Source: Gammaproteobacteria bacterium
GTDB lineage: Bacteria; Pseudomonadota; Gammaproteobacteria; Natronospirales; DASSBR01
Direction of reading: 5' to 3'
NCBI GenBank assembly: GCA_035701285.1
Contig: DASSNT010000015.1
Span: forward strand, 4,969 to 68,968
DNA: 64,000 bases
This document shows positions 15,567 to 25,599 of the stretch, one piece after another. A model generated the notes under the pieces. The model worked only from the letters and a program-made list of their open reading frames with translations, ran no database searches and was not told where the DNA came from. Numbering within the stretch: position 1 is the first letter of the stretch; each line of letters begins with the position of its first letter. A program made the position numbers and the translations under genes.

Positions 15567-17699
15567 CTATTGGACGCCGTACTTGAGCTTGCTGTTCAGC
15601 GGGCCGGAGTGTTCGATGATGGCGCCCGGCTCCTGCAGATAATTGCCCTGAATATACTGCACGCCCATCTGCCATAGCATCGCGATCGCGTCGGCGCTTT
15701 CGACGCGCTGCGCGATCGTTTCGGTGTTCTTCGACTTCGCTTTTTCGACCAGCGCTTCGACGCGGCCGCGTTTTTCATTGTCGGTATTCATGTCGCGCAC
15801 CAGGTCGTCCCGAAGCTTGATGAAGTCGACCTTCAGATGGTCCAGCACGCCCAGTGAATTGCGGCCCATGCCGAATTGTGCGATGGCGACGGCGCAGCCG
15901 GCTTTCCGAAGCAGGTCGATAAACGCCTTGACCTCGCGCAGGTGCTTGTCGAGATAATCCTCGGGCACCTGAAATATCAGGCTCTCCGCGGGCAGGGACG
16001 GCGCGTTCTTCAGCAGCCCCTGCAGCCATTCGTTCATCTTCGGGTCCAGCAGAAATTGCGACGAAACGCGCAGGAAGAAGCGCGAGTTCTGGTTCGCCTT
16101 GCTGTGACGGATCGCGACGGGCAGCGCGTGGGCGACAACCCATTTGTCGATCGCCGGCATCAGCTTGTGCCGCTCGGCATAGGGCATGAATTTAGCCGCC
16201 GGTATGATCGTGTCGTCACCTTCCTTGAGTTGCACCAGTACGTCCTGCAGGTCGACGCTCGAGCCTTCCAGGCTGGCAATCGGCTGATACACGAGTTGCA
16301 GCGTATTATTCTTGAGCCCGCTGGTAATTCGCTTGACCCAGCTCGCGTCCGAGCTGCCTTCTTCCGTACCAACGTCCGCGGGCTGATAAATGACATGGCG
16401 GTTGCCGCCACTCCGGGTGGCGTTGCGGCTGGCTTCGAGCGCCTGTGACAGCAATAGCTCCGGCTCGGCCAGCGCTTCGATTTCGGTAATGCCGATGCTG
16501 CACGTCATGCTGGTCGAGCCGCTGCCGGCTTCGAATACCGTATCAGCGACGGATTTACAGAGAGTGGTTGCCCATTTCTCGATATCCTTGACTGCCGGTC
16601 GCGTCAGCACGATGACGAATGTGTCGTCGTCGAAACGGCCGACCGGCTCATCCTTGTTGATGCTGGCGTTCACCAGTTCCACCAGCCGGTCGATGATGCG
16701 GCCGCTGGCGTAGGCGCCGACACTCGTTTCAACCGCGGCGAATTCATCCGCCGTCACCAGCGCCAGCGCCCGCACGGCTTTGTCGTCGACCTTGATCTTG
16801 CGCAGTTGCTCGAGGAAGTAGGCGCGGTGATACAGGCCGGTCAGCGGGTCGCGGTGGCGAATGTCGGCTAGCGACGCCTTCAGTGCCGCCGCCTCGCGTT
16901 CACGTTCGCCCAGTTGCTGTTCCAGCTCCGGCGACAGCTGAGCAACGCGCGCCGCGAGCCGGATGCACGATTCGCCGTCCACGACGTCGGGCGCCAGCGA
17001 AATGGTTGCCGGAAACGCTTCGCCCCTGGCGTTGATACCCTGCAGCTCGAGATCGTCGGTGGCGTGGCCGTGCTTGACCGCCTGCTGAATGGCAGTCTTG
17101 AGCGTCCCCTGCGAGTCGGCATCGAATACGTCCATGACCGGAATACCTTCGATATCGTCAGCCGAGGCATAGCCGAAAAGCTTGAGATAAGCCGGGTTGG
17201 CGTGCATGTGGATGCCGTCCTGTATGTAGGCGATGGCATCCGCCGATTCGCTCAGCAGCTCGCTCAGGCGCGTCTCGTAGTCCGACAGCGCGTCCTCGTA
17301 GCGTTGCAACTGCGCCGTCATCCGCGCGACCGGTAATTCGCGTTCGATGACCGCCTTCAGGTGGGAGGAGTTCGCCATGGTGACCAGGTCGCGCGCGCCC
17401 TGGCTCATCAGCGCGGCGATGTCGAGCGCGTCAGCCTGCTTGCCCAGCGCGATGATCGGCACATCGGGCGCACGCGCATCGCGCAACCGCACGAGATCGG
17501 GCAGGCTGACCGGCGGGTCGTCGGCTACGAAGAACAGCAATTCCGGATGGTTGCCGAGCGACTTGTCGAGCACCTCGGTGTCGCCGCCCCAGGACGAGCG
17601 GACGCGCATCCCAAGGCTGCGCAACAGGCCGTTCAGGTGCTCCGCGTCGTTCTGGGTTCTGCTTGCGACGAGAATGAGCAGAGTTGTTTGTTCAGGCAA
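15567..17699 (-). CDS. FimX-like REC(pseudo)-PAS-GGDEF-EAL protein with degenerate catalytic motifs (probable c-di-GMP receptor rather than enzyme)
   Basis: 710 aa. The GGDEF position reads RFDDDTF. The EAL domain has YQPI, but the EAL motif reads DVL, the DDFG position reads AQFG, and the N of the NLS motif reads R. This domain order and these degeneracies resemble FimX. Confidence 0.7.
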   Translation of the reverse strand: MPEQTTLLILVASRTQNDAEHLNGLLRSLGMRVRSSWGGDTEVLDKSLGNHPELLFFVADDPPVSLPDLVRLRDARAPDVPIIALGKQADALDIAALMSQGARDLVTMANSSHLKAVIERELPVARMTAQLQRYEDALSDYETRLSELLSESADAIAYIQDGIHMHANPAYLKLFGYASADDIEGIPVMDVFDADSQGTLKTAIQQAVKHGHATDDLELQGINARGEAFPATISLAPDVVDGESCIRLAARVAQLSPELEQQLGEREREAAALKASLADIRHRDPLTGLYHRAYFLEQLRKIKVDDKAVRALALVTADEFAAVETSVGAYASGRIIDRLVELVNASINKDEPVGRFDDDTFVIVLTRPAVKDIEKWATTLCKSVADTVFEAGSGSTSMTCSIGITEIEALAEPELLLSQALEASRNATRSGGNRHVIYQPADVGTEEGSSDASWVKRITSGLKNNTLQLVYQPIASLEGSSVDLQDVLVQLKEGDDTIIPAAKFMPYAERHKLMPAIDKWVVAHALPVAIRHSKANQNSRFFLRVSSQFLLDPKMNEWLQGLLKNAPSLPAESLIFQVPEDYLDKHLREVKAFIDLLRKAGCAVAIAQFGMGRNSLGVLDHLKVDFIKLRDDLVRDMNTDNEKRGRVEALVEKAKSKNTETIAQRVESADAIAMLWQMGVQYIQGNYLQEPGAIIEHSGPLNSKLKYGVQ

Positions 17700-17760
17700 G
17701 GGTCAGTCGCTCCCCGTATATTTAATGATTACTTTACCTGATTTATCTATCCGGTTGATC

Positions 17761-18768
17761 TTACTCGACAACCGCCGCTGGAACCAGCGTCTTTGACGGT
17801 GCACCGGCGTCTTCGCGAACCAGCTTCGGCACCAGGTAGCCCGGCAGCCGGGCCTGTAATTCCGTATGCAGTTGAAGCGCTGTGCTGACGGGGATGTCGA
17901 AATGGGCCGCGCCGGCCACGCGGTCGAGCAGGTGCAGATAATAGGGCATGACATTCGCGGCGAACAGCGACTCGCTCAAGGCGGCCAGCGCGTTGACGGA
18001 ATCGTTCACGCCGCGCAGCAGCACGGACTGGTTCAGCAGCGTAGCGCCGGCCGATTTCAATTTGTCGCATGCCGAAGCGACGGGTGCGTCTATCTCGCTG
18101 GCGTGGTTCACGTGCACGACGACGACTTTCCGCAGCGGCAGCGGCGCAAACCAGTCGAGAAACGCGTCATCGATTCGCGACGGCAGCACGACCGGCTGGC
18201 GCGTGTGGATGCGCAGGCGGCGCACATGAGGGATGTCGGCAATCGCGGCGGCAAGTTCCGCCAGTCGGCGGTCGGTCAGGGACAGCGGGTCGCCGCCGCT
18301 GAGGATGACTTCAGCGATGGTCGTATCGGCACGGATGTAATCGAGCGCGTCTCGCCAGCGGCCGCCGCGCGGATTCTCCTGTCCGTAGGGAAAGTGCCGC
18401 CTGAAGCAATACCGGCAATGAACGGCGCAGGCGCCGGTTGCAACCAGCAGCGCGCGGCCGTGGTATTTGTGCAGCAGGCCCGGCCGCGCGGCGCTCGGCA
18501 GGTCGCCCACCGGATCTGTGGTGAAGCCGGGCGCCGACGCGGTCTCGGCATTCAGCGGCAGCACCTGGCGGAGCAGCGGATCATGTGGGTCGCCGATCCG
18601 CATGCGGGCGACAAAGCCGCGTGGAACGCGCAGCGGGAACAGCCGGGCGGCGGCGCGCGCGCCATCCAGCAGCGCCGGATCGAGCGCGAGCATCGACAGC
18701 AGGTCCGCCGGATCGGTCACGGCCTGCTGCAATTCAGTCTGCCAGCGTGTCTGCGTTCCGGTTATCAT
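17761..18768 (-). CDS. epmB: EF-P beta-lysylation protein EpmB (lysine 2,3-aminomutase family, radical SAM)
   Basis: The start is taken at [14 protein letters not shown]. Contains the radical SAM motif [11 protein letters not shown]. Divergent from efp with a 37-bp spacer. The 69 extra N-terminal codons of the ORF overlap efp. Confidence 0.9.
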   Translation of the reverse strand: MITGTQTRWQTELQQAVTDPADLLSMLALDPALLDGARAAARLFPLRVPRGFVARMRIGDPHDPLLRQVLPLNAETASAPGFTTDPVGDLPSAARPGLLHKYHGRALLVATGACAVHCRYCFRRHFPYGQENPRGGRWRDALDYIRADTTIAEVILSGGDPLSLTDRRLAELAAAIADIPHVRRLRIHTRQPVVLPSRIDDAFLDWFAPLPLRKVVVVHVNHASEIDAPVASACDKLKSAGATLLNQSVLLRGVNDSVNALAALSESLFAANVMPYYLHLLDRVAGAAHFDIPVSTALQLHTELQARLPGYLVPKLVREDAGAPSKTLVPAAVVE

Positions 18769-18805
18769 AAGACGTTTAAATCTGCGGGATGGCAAGTTTA
18801 CATTT

Positions 18806-19375
18806 ATGGCAACGTACAGCACCAACGAATTCAAAGGCGGCCTGAAAATCATGCTCGACGGCGATCCGTACACGATCGTCGAGAACGAGTTCGTCAAGCC
18901 TGGCAAGGGCCAGGCATTCAACCGCGTCAAGATCCGCAACCTCAAGAGCGGCCGGGTGATCGACCGCACCTTCAAGTCCGGCGAAACGGTCGATAGTGCC
19001 GACGTCGTCGAAACGGAAATGCAGTATCTCTACAATGACGGGGAGTTCTGGCATTTCATGAAGCCGGATACCTTCGAACAGTTTGCCGCCGGTCCCGCTG
19101 CGGTGGAAGGTGCCGTGCAGTGGCTGAAGGCCGAGGACATGTGTAACGTGATCCTGTGGAACGGCGACCCGCTGTCGGTCGAAGCGCCGAACTTCGTCAT
19201 TCTGCAGATTACTGAAACCGATCCGGGCGTGCGCGGCGACACCAGTGGCGGCGGCGGCAAGCCGGCGACGCTGGAAACCGGTGCTGTGGTGCGCGTGCCT
19301 TTGTTCGTCGATCAGGGCGAGATGATCAAGGTCGATACACGCACCGCGACGTACGTGGCGCGGGCGAAGGAGTGA
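18806..19375 (+). CDS. efp: Translation elongation factor P
   Basis: Begins [42 protein letters not shown]. Carries the modifiable Lys in the PGKG loop. 189 aa. Confidence 0.97.
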   Translation: MATYSTNEFKGGLKIMLDGDPYTIVENEFVKPGKGQAFNRVKIRNLKSGRVIDRTFKSGETVDSADVVETEMQYLYNDGEFWHFMKPDTFEQFAAGPAAVEGAVQWLKAEDMCNVILWNGDPLSVEAPNFVILQITETDPGVRGDTSGGGGKPATLETGAVVRVPLFVDQGEMIKVDTRTATYVARAKE

Positions 19376-20406
19376 GCAAGAGCGGGGTTCGGGGTTCGGG
19401 ATTCGGGACTCGGGTAGAAGTCGGGAGCGCGGATTCTTTTGCCCGAACCCCGAACCCCGAATCCCGAACTCCGGTTTCCTGGCGCCCGACAGCGCCGATC
19501 GCCAACCTCCGCAAACGCGCTGAAATCCTCGCCGTCGTTCGCGCCTTCTTTGCACAACGCGACGTTCTGGAAGTCGAAACGCCGCTGCTCTCCGGCGCCG
19601 CGGTAACCGACATCCACCTGGACAGCATCGCTGCCGGCGGCGGCTACCTGCACACGTCACCGGAGTTCGCCATGAAGCGTCTGCTCGCCGCAGGCGCCGG
19701 CGATATCTACCAGATCTGCAAGGTGTTCCGGGCCGGCGAAGCCGGGCGCCATCACAACCCGGAGTTCACGCTGCTGGAGTGGTATCGCCCCGGTTGGGGT
19801 TACCGCCGGTTGATGGCGGAAGTGGCGGAGCTGCTGGCGCAGGTGCTGGCTATCGACATCGAGTCCGAGTACGTGAGCTATCGCGACGCGTTCGTGCACA
19901 AGCTCGGCCTCGACCCTTTCCCGGCGTCGGTGGACGTGCTCGAAACCGCCGCTGATCATGCTGGCCTGGGCGACGCCGGACCGCTCGATCGCGACGGCTG
20001 GCTGGACCTGCTCGCGGGCGCTTGCGTGTATCCGGCGCTGGGCAAGGACCGGCTCTGCTTTATTCATGATTTTCCGGTATCGCAGGCCGCGCTGGCGCGG
20101 GTGCGACACGACGAGCCGCCGGTGGCCGAACGTTTCGAAGTCCTGTTCAACGGACTTGAACTCGGCAATGGTTTTACCGAACTGACCGATGTCGACGAGC
20201 AGCGGCGGCGTTTCGAGCACGATCTGGCGCACAGACGCGCACAGCGGCGCGCCGAGCCGCCGATGGATGCACGGTTTCTGGCAGCACTCGAAGTGGGGCT
20301 GCCCGAGTGCGCCGGCGTGGCGATCGGGTTGGACCGGGTGGTGATGCTCGCGTGTGGCGCCGGCCGCATTGGCGAAGTTACAGCTTTCACAGCGGAGAAC
20401 GCGTGA
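19372..20406 (+). CDS. epmA: EF-P--(R)-beta-lysine ligase EpmA (PoxA/GenX, class II LysRS paralog)
   Basis: Contains [19 protein letters not shown] and class II aaRS motifs. The only in-frame start is the GTG at 19372, which overlaps the efp stop (GTGA). The N-terminal ~35 codons are the heptad repeat element. Confidence 0.85.
   Translation: MSKSGVRGSGFGTRVEVGSADSFARTPNPESRTPVSWRPTAPIANLRKRAEILAVVRAFFAQRDVLEVETPLLSGAAVTDIHLDSIAAGGGYLHTSPEFAMKRLLAAGAGDIYQICKVFRAGEAGRHHNPEFTLLEWYRPGWGYRRLMAEVAELLAQVLAIDIESEYVSYRDAFVHKLGLDPFPASVDVLETAADHAGLGDAGPLDRDGWLDLLAGACVYPALGKDRLCFIHDFPVSQAALARVRHDEPPVAERFEVLFNGLELGNGFTELTDVDEQRRRFEHDLAHRRAQRRAEPPMDARFLAALEVGLPECAGVAIGLDRVVMLACGAGRIGEVTAFTAENA
19384..19474. 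repeat. Inverted pair of heptad arrays (G-rich arm 19384-19414, C-rich arm 19442-19474)
   Basis: GGGGTTCGGGGTTCGGGATTCGGGACTCGGG ... CCCGAACCCCGAACCCCGAATCCCGAACTCCGG. The arms can pair as a long imperfect hairpin. Same unit family as 12558-12609 and 29291-29322. Confidence 0.85.
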
Positions 20407-20891
20407 TGTTCGAACTCAAGCAAGTCGATAACAGCAATAAGCAGTCCCTGTACGCGGAACTGGTCGAACAGGCACGCGCGCTGGTGCACGATGAAAAGGA
20501 TCTGATCGCCAACACTGCGAACCTCAGCGCATTACTTTTTTACGCGCTGCCGGACGTCAACTGGGTAGGCTTTTATCTGCTGAAGGAAGACCAATTGGTC
20601 GTCGGGCCGTTTCAGGGCAAGCCGGCCTGCATTCGTATTCCGATGGGGAAGGGCGTCTGCGGCACCGCGGCGGCGCAACGTAAGTCGCTGGTGGTCGAGG
20701 ACGTGAACGCGTTTGCCGGCCACATTTTCTGCGACAGCGACTCGCGCTCGGAAGTCGTCGTACCGCTGGTTTCGAACGATCAACTGCTGGGCGTGCTGGA
20801 TATCGACAGCCCGAATCTGGCTCGTTTCGATGCGGACGATCAGGCAGGCCTGGAGCAGATAGCGGCGGTGCTGCTGGAGACGGTGGCTTAG
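20406..20891 (+). CDS. GAF domain protein, free methionine-(R)-sulfoxide reductase-like (YebR/MsrC family)
   Basis: 161 aa from MFELKQ. Contains NWVGFYL...GPFQGKPACIRIPMGKGVCGTAA...V.DV..F.GHI.CDS.S.SE.VVPL. The ATG overlaps the epmA stop. Confidence 0.85.
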   Translation: MFELKQVDNSNKQSLYAELVEQARALVHDEKDLIANTANLSALLFYALPDVNWVGFYLLKEDQLVVGPFQGKPACIRIPMGKGVCGTAAAQRKSLVVEDVNAFAGHIFCDSDSRSEVVVPLVSNDQLLGVLDIDSPNLARFDADDQAGLEQIAAVLLETVA

Positions 20892-20930
20892 GATTTGCGG
20901 CTGATTGTAAGTTCAAGTTACAATTAGCCC

Positions 20931-22097
20931 ATGATACGCCGTTCCATAACCCCGGCGGTTCGCAAGCTGGCGGAAGACTACCCGGTTGTCGCCATCACGG
21001 GGCCCCGGCAGTCGGGTAAAACCACGCTCGCCAAGGGGCTTTTCCCGCGGCACGCTTATACGTCGCTCGAAGATCCCGATGTTCGCGAATACGCGCAAGA
21101 GGACCCGCGCGGGTTTCTTGCCGGCTTCGACGACGGGGTCATATTCGACGAGGTGCAACGGACGCCCGATCTGTTTGCTTATCTCCAGCGAATGGTGGAC
21201 GAGGACAGCACGCCCGGCCGCTTCATCCTGACCGGCTCCCAACAGTTCGGCCTTCAGGCCGGCATTACGCAGAGTCTCGCGGGGCGGGTCGCAACCGTCA
21301 GCTTGCTGCCGTTCGACCTCGACGAGATACGTTCAGCAGGCAGGCTTCCCGAGCGGCTCGACGCGTTTCTCATGAATGGCGGCTATCCGCCAATTCACGA
21401 TCGCGGCCTCGATCCGTCAACCTGGTACGCTAACTATGTGCGGACCTATCTCGAGCGCGATGTGCGTCAGCTGGTCAACGTGCGCGACCTGACGCAATTC
21501 CAGCGGTTTCTTCGCTTGTGCGCGGGCCGGACTGGACAATTGGTGAATCTGTCGGCGCTGGGTGACGATGCCGGCGTCAGTCACAACACCGCTCGCCAAT
21601 GGTTGTCGGTGCTCGAGGCGAGCTTTGTCATTCACCGTTTGCCGCCCTATCACCGCAACTTCAACAAGCGGCTGGTGAAGACACCGAAGCTCCACTTCGT
21701 GGACGTAGGGCTCGCAGCATGGCTGTTGGGGATTGAGGAGGAAAGGCAGTTGTCCACGCATCCGCTGCGCGGAGCGCTGTTTGAAACCTGGGTGGTGAGC
21801 GAATTTCTCAAAGCGCGGGCGAACGCCGGACACCCATCCAATCTTGCTTTCTGGCGGGATCGCAGCGGCCACGAAATCGATCTGCTCCAAGAAGATGCGG
21901 AGCGGACAATGGCGGTGGAAGTGAAAGCGGGGGCGACGGTAGCCGGCGATGCGCTGCGCGGGCTGAAACAATGGCTGGAGCTGGCCGGAGAAGCGGCGGG
22001 GACGGCGATGCTCGTTTATGGGGGCAGCGATTCTCAGCGCCGAAGCGGCATCGAAATCGTGCCGTGGGCTGAGCTTCTCCATGACCGGGCCGAATGA
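20931..22097 (+). CDS. AAA+ ATPase with C-terminal DUF4143 / PD-(D/E)xK-like domain (COG1373 type)
   Basis: Walker A motif ITGPRQSGKTTL and Walker B-like motif VIFDEVQ are present. DUF4143-like middle region. The C-terminal GHEIDLL...AVEVKAG resembles a restriction-endonuclease-like core. The local GC content is lower than that of the flanks. Confidence 0.8.
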   Translation: MIRRSITPAVRKLAEDYPVVAITGPRQSGKTTLAKGLFPRHAYTSLEDPDVREYAQEDPRGFLAGFDDGVIFDEVQRTPDLFAYLQRMVDEDSTPGRFILTGSQQFGLQAGITQSLAGRVATVSLLPFDLDEIRSAGRLPERLDAFLMNGGYPPIHDRGLDPSTWYANYVRTYLERDVRQLVNVRDLTQFQRFLRLCAGRTGQLVNLSALGDDAGVSHNTARQWLSVLEASFVIHRLPPYHRNFNKRLVKTPKLHFVDVGLAAWLLGIEEERQLSTHPLRGALFETWVVSEFLKARANAGHPSNLAFWRDRSGHEIDLLQEDAERTMAVEVKAGATVAGDALRGLKQWLELAGEAAGTAMLVYGGSDSQRRSGIEIVPWAELLHDRAE

Positions 22098-22162
22098 CGC
22101 CGGATAAATGAAAGTTTTTGCTGCTCACGTGTATTTAGTACCAGGACCTATGGAGAATACCG

Positions 22163-22510
22163 ATGAGAAATTCAGCAAAGATATTGCTTGGACTTGCCAT
22201 TTTGGCGCTCGTGATGGGGTTGGCCGGCTGCAACGGTGGTGGCGATAGCGCGAGCGACCTCGGCGGGAACAGCTCGCTGGTCCTACGCACCTATAAAGTG
22301 CCTGACGGGCGTGCAGTGAGCGTAGCAGCAGCTCTCAATGGCATCTTAAAAGGAGGTAAGAACACAATCGGAAGCGCGTCGACTGCGACCCATGGACAAA
22401 TTCTCGTGTTAGCACCGGCAGCGGCGCGAGCGGGTGGAGACGGCCACTCAGCAAATTCAGGTTCAGCGGGCAGTGCAGCAGGCGCTGGCGTTGCCGAAGA
22501 CGCATTTTAA
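22163..22510 (+). CDS. Small putative lipoprotein (possibly a frameshifted gene, see findings)
   Basis: Has a signal peptide with a lipobox (LGLAILALVMGLAGC). The C-terminal third is low-complexity G/A/S. A second open frame without a start continues from 22413 to about 22600. Confidence 0.4.
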   Translation: MRNSAKILLGLAILALVMGLAGCNGGGDSASDLGGNSSLVLRTYKVPDGRAVSVAAALNGILKGGKNTIGSASTATHGQILVLAPAAARAGGDGHSANSGSAGSAAGAGVAEDAF

Positions 22511-22597
22511 AAAGGGCGCCTACATTACCCTGCCGACCCACCGCCGAGACGTGCGCATTCTTCTGGTGGCGTTCTCGCCGCTGACCCGTGTTGGCAG

Positions 22598-23488
22598 TTA
22601 ATCTTGACCAGATATCGTGCCGATCCGCTGTCCGACCAGCACGCGTGAATCGGCGCCGAGTCCGGCGGCCCATTCGACCGCGCCGCGCGCGAACAACAGA
22701 ATGACGGTCGAGCCCATGTTGAAGCGGCCCAGTTCGTCGCCGCGCTTCAGCGTCACACCCGGCTCGCCACCGTCGCCATAATGCCAGTCGCGGATCCGCT
22801 TGCCGTGCGGCGGCGTGATTTCGCCGGCCCAGACGGTCTCGATGCTGCCGACCAGCATCGCGCCCACCATCACCACAGCCATCGGCCCCGCCGGCGTTGC
22901 GAACAGCATCGCAACGCGTTCGTTGCGGGCAAACAGGCGCGGGACGGCGCGGGTGGTCGCCGGGTTGACGCTGAACAGCCGGCCCGGGATGTGGATCATG
23001 CGTTCGAGCGTGCCGTCGAGCGGCATGTGCACGCGGTGATAATCGCGCGGCGCAAGATACAGCGTTGTAAAGCTGCCGCCGGCAAAGCATTCCGCGAGTG
23101 CCGTGTCGCCGCCGAGCAGTTCCCGCGCATCGAATTCCCGGCCTTTCGCCTGAAAGATGCGGCCCTCGTTGATGCTGCCGAACTGGCTGCCGCGCCCGTC
23201 GACCGGTGAGACGCAGCTATCGGGCGCGCTGTCGATTGGCCGTACGCCCGTTTTCAGCGCGCGCGTAAAGAAGGCATTGAGGCTCGCGTAATGCGCCGGA
23301 TCGGGATCTTCCGCCTCTCCCAGGTCGATGCCGTAGCGGCTGATCAGTGCATGAATCAGCCGGTTCTTGAGCCACGGTTGCTCGCGGCGAGTAACGTAGC
23401 GCCAAAGCCGGGAGAGGCCATGTTGCGGCAGCGGGTATTGCGCCAGCGCGGCGATGCGGTCGGAGCGATTGGGGTCGTAGGCGGACAT
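22598..23488 (-). CDS. psd: Phosphatidylserine decarboxylase proenzyme
   Basis: 296 aa. Contains the self-cleavage motif in FNMGSTVILLF and typical Psd N-terminal and central motifs (DYHR.H.P). Confidence 0.95.
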   Translation of the reverse strand: MSAYDPNRSDRIAALAQYPLPQHGLSRLWRYVTRREQPWLKNRLIHALISRYGIDLGEAEDPDPAHYASLNAFFTRALKTGVRPIDSAPDSCVSPVDGRGSQFGSINEGRIFQAKGREFDARELLGGDTALAECFAGGSFTTLYLAPRDYHRVHMPLDGTLERMIHIPGRLFSVNPATTRAVPRLFARNERVAMLFATPAGPMAVVMVGAMLVGSIETVWAGEITPPHGKRIRDWHYGDGGEPGVTLKRGDELGRFNMGSTVILLFARGAVEWAAGLGADSRVLVGQRIGTISGQD

Positions 23489-23551
23489 GCGGCGGGGATA
23501 CTACACGTTGCGGTATAGTAACGCACTCTTTTCTCCTGCTCTTCGACAACT

Positions 23552-24454
23552 ATGGACGACGATAAGGCCGCGTTAGTCTCGATCGCCGATTGGGTGCGCT
23601 ATCTTGCCAGCCGGTTCAACGAAGCCGGCCTTTTTTTTGGCCACGGCACGGGCAACGCTGTTGACGAGGCGCTGGCGCTGGTGCTGCATGCGCTTCATCT
23701 CGATCACGATCTGCCGCCGTGGCTGCTCGATACGCGCCTGACCGATAAGGAAAAGGCAGCCGTTGCCGAACTCGCCCACGAGCGGATCGACAGCCGCAAG
23801 CCGCTCGCCTACCTGACACACCGTGCATGGTTTGCGGGACTCGAATTTTACGTCGACGAACGCGTGCTTGTGCCGCGTTCGCCGCTGGCGGAGCTGATCG
23901 AACATCAGTTCGAACCGTGGGCGAATCCGGATTCAATCGAGGGCGTGCTCGACATCGGCACCGGCAGCGGCTGCATCGCGATTGCCTGCGCGCATTATCT
24001 GCCGGAGGCGCAGGTGGATGCTGTCGACATTTCCAGCGACGCGCTTGCGGTGGCCCGCGACAATGTCGCGCGGCACGGACTGGATGAGCAGGTACATTTG
24101 ATTCAGTCGGATCTGCTAACAGATGTGCCGCGCACGCGCTACGACGTGATCGTCACCAATCCGCCCTATGTCGATGCCGCCGAGATGGCCGCGCTGGCGC
24201 CCGAGTTTCGCCACGAACCCGCGCTGGGTCTGGCGGCGGGCGAGGACGGGCTGGACTGCATCGCGCACATCCTGCGCGACGCGCACGACTACCTCACGCC
24301 CCACGGCATCCTCGTCGGTGAAGTCGGCGCCAGCCAGCCGGCGTTCGAGGCGCGCTTTCCCGAGCTGCCGGTTACATGGCTGGAGTTCGAGCGCGGCGGC
24401 AGCGGCGTGTTTCTGATCACGGCCGCCGATCTGGAGGATTGCGATGTCGGGTAA
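23552..24454 (+). CDS. prmB: Ribosomal protein L3 N5-glutamine methyltransferase
   Basis: Contains FGHGT.NA.DEA, the SAM motif [11 protein letters not shown], and NPPY. Precedes aroC, as in many Gammaproteobacteria. Confidence 0.9.
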   Translation: MDDDKAALVSIADWVRYLASRFNEAGLFFGHGTGNAVDEALALVLHALHLDHDLPPWLLDTRLTDKEKAAVAELAHERIDSRKPLAYLTHRAWFAGLEFYVDERVLVPRSPLAELIEHQFEPWANPDSIEGVLDIGTGSGCIAIACAHYLPEAQVDAVDISSDALAVARDNVARHGLDEQVHLIQSDLLTDVPRTRYDVIVTNPPYVDAAEMAALAPEFRHEPALGLAAGEDGLDCIAHILRDAHDYLTPHGILVGEVGASQPAFEARFPELPVTWLEFERGGSGVFLITAADLEDCDVG

Positions 24455-25550
24455 CACCTTCGGCAAACTGTTTGCCGTCACCACCTTCGGCGAAAGCCAT
24501 GGCCCCGCGCTCGGCTGCATCGTGGATGGTTGTCCCCCCGGGCTGGCGCTGAGCGAAGCGGACCTGCAGGCGGATATCGAACGCCGCCGCACCGGCAAGT
24601 CGCGCCACACATCGCAGCGCCGCGAACCGGACACGGTGCGGATTCTGTCCGGCGTGTTCGAAGGCGTGACGACCGGCACGCCGATCGGGCTCGTCATCGA
24701 CAACGTCGATGCCAAACCGAAGGACTACGCCAAAATCGCCGACCGCTTCCGGCCCGGACATGCCGACTACACCTATCTGCACAAATATGGCGTGCGCGAT
24801 TATCGCGGCGGCGGGCGCGCGTCGGCACGCGAAACCGTCATGCGCGTGGCGGCAGGTGCCATTGCGCGCAAGTTTCTGCGCGAACGGCTGGGGATCGAAA
24901 TCCAGGGCTACCTGGCGCAGCTCGGCCCGATAACGCTTGAACCGGTCGATCTGGCGACGGTGGATGACAACCCGTTTTTCTGCGCCGATCCGTCGAAGGT
25001 CGACGAGCTGACCGGCTTCATGGACGCGTTGCGCAAGTCCGGCGATTCGGTGGGGGCTCGGGTGACAGTGGTGGCGCGCGGCGTGCCGCCGGGTCTCGGC
25101 GAGCCCGTCTTCGATAAGCTCGACGCGGCGATCGCCCACGCGATGATGGGCATCAACGCTGTCAAGGCCGTCGAAATCGGCGCCGGTTTCGATGCCGTCA
25201 CGCAAACGGGAACCGAGCATCGCGACGAAATGACGCCGGAAGGCTTTTTGAGCAACAACGCCGGCGGTACTCTCGGCGGTATTTCCAGCGGTCAGCCGAT
25301 TATGGTAAGCATCGCGCTCAAGCCGACGTCGAGCATACGGCTGCCCGGACGCGGCGTAAACACTGCTGGAGAGCCGGTGGAGGTGGTTACGCACGGCCGC
25401 CACGACCCGTGCGTCGGCATTCGGGTGACGCCTATCGCGGAAGCCATGCTCGCGCTGGTTCTAATGGATCATTATTTACGTCATCGCGCACAGAACGCGG
25501 ATGTCCGCTCGCCAGCACCGACATTGGCGGGCGAGTCTGGGATTCGTTAA
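24444..25550 (+). CDS. aroC: Chorismate synthase
   Basis: Begins [19 protein letters not shown]. Also contains GRSSARETA-like [12 protein letters not shown] and the HGRHDPCV motif. Confidence 0.97.
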   Translation: MSGNTFGKLFAVTTFGESHGPALGCIVDGCPPGLALSEADLQADIERRRTGKSRHTSQRREPDTVRILSGVFEGVTTGTPIGLVIDNVDAKPKDYAKIADRFRPGHADYTYLHKYGVRDYRGGGRASARETVMRVAAGAIARKFLRERLGIEIQGYLAQLGPITLEPVDLATVDDNPFFCADPSKVDELTGFMDALRKSGDSVGARVTVVARGVPPGLGEPVFDKLDAAIAHAMMGINAVKAVEIGAGFDAVTQTGTEHRDEMTPEGFLSNNAGGTLGGISSGQPIMVSIALKPTSSIRLPGRGVNTAGEPVEVVTHGRHDPCVGIRVTPIAEAMLALVLMDHYLRHRAQNADVRSPAPTLAGESGIR

Positions 25551-25599
25551 AATGGAACAGCTACGCGATTGAATTTTCAGCTATTTTCAAGGATTTTTA

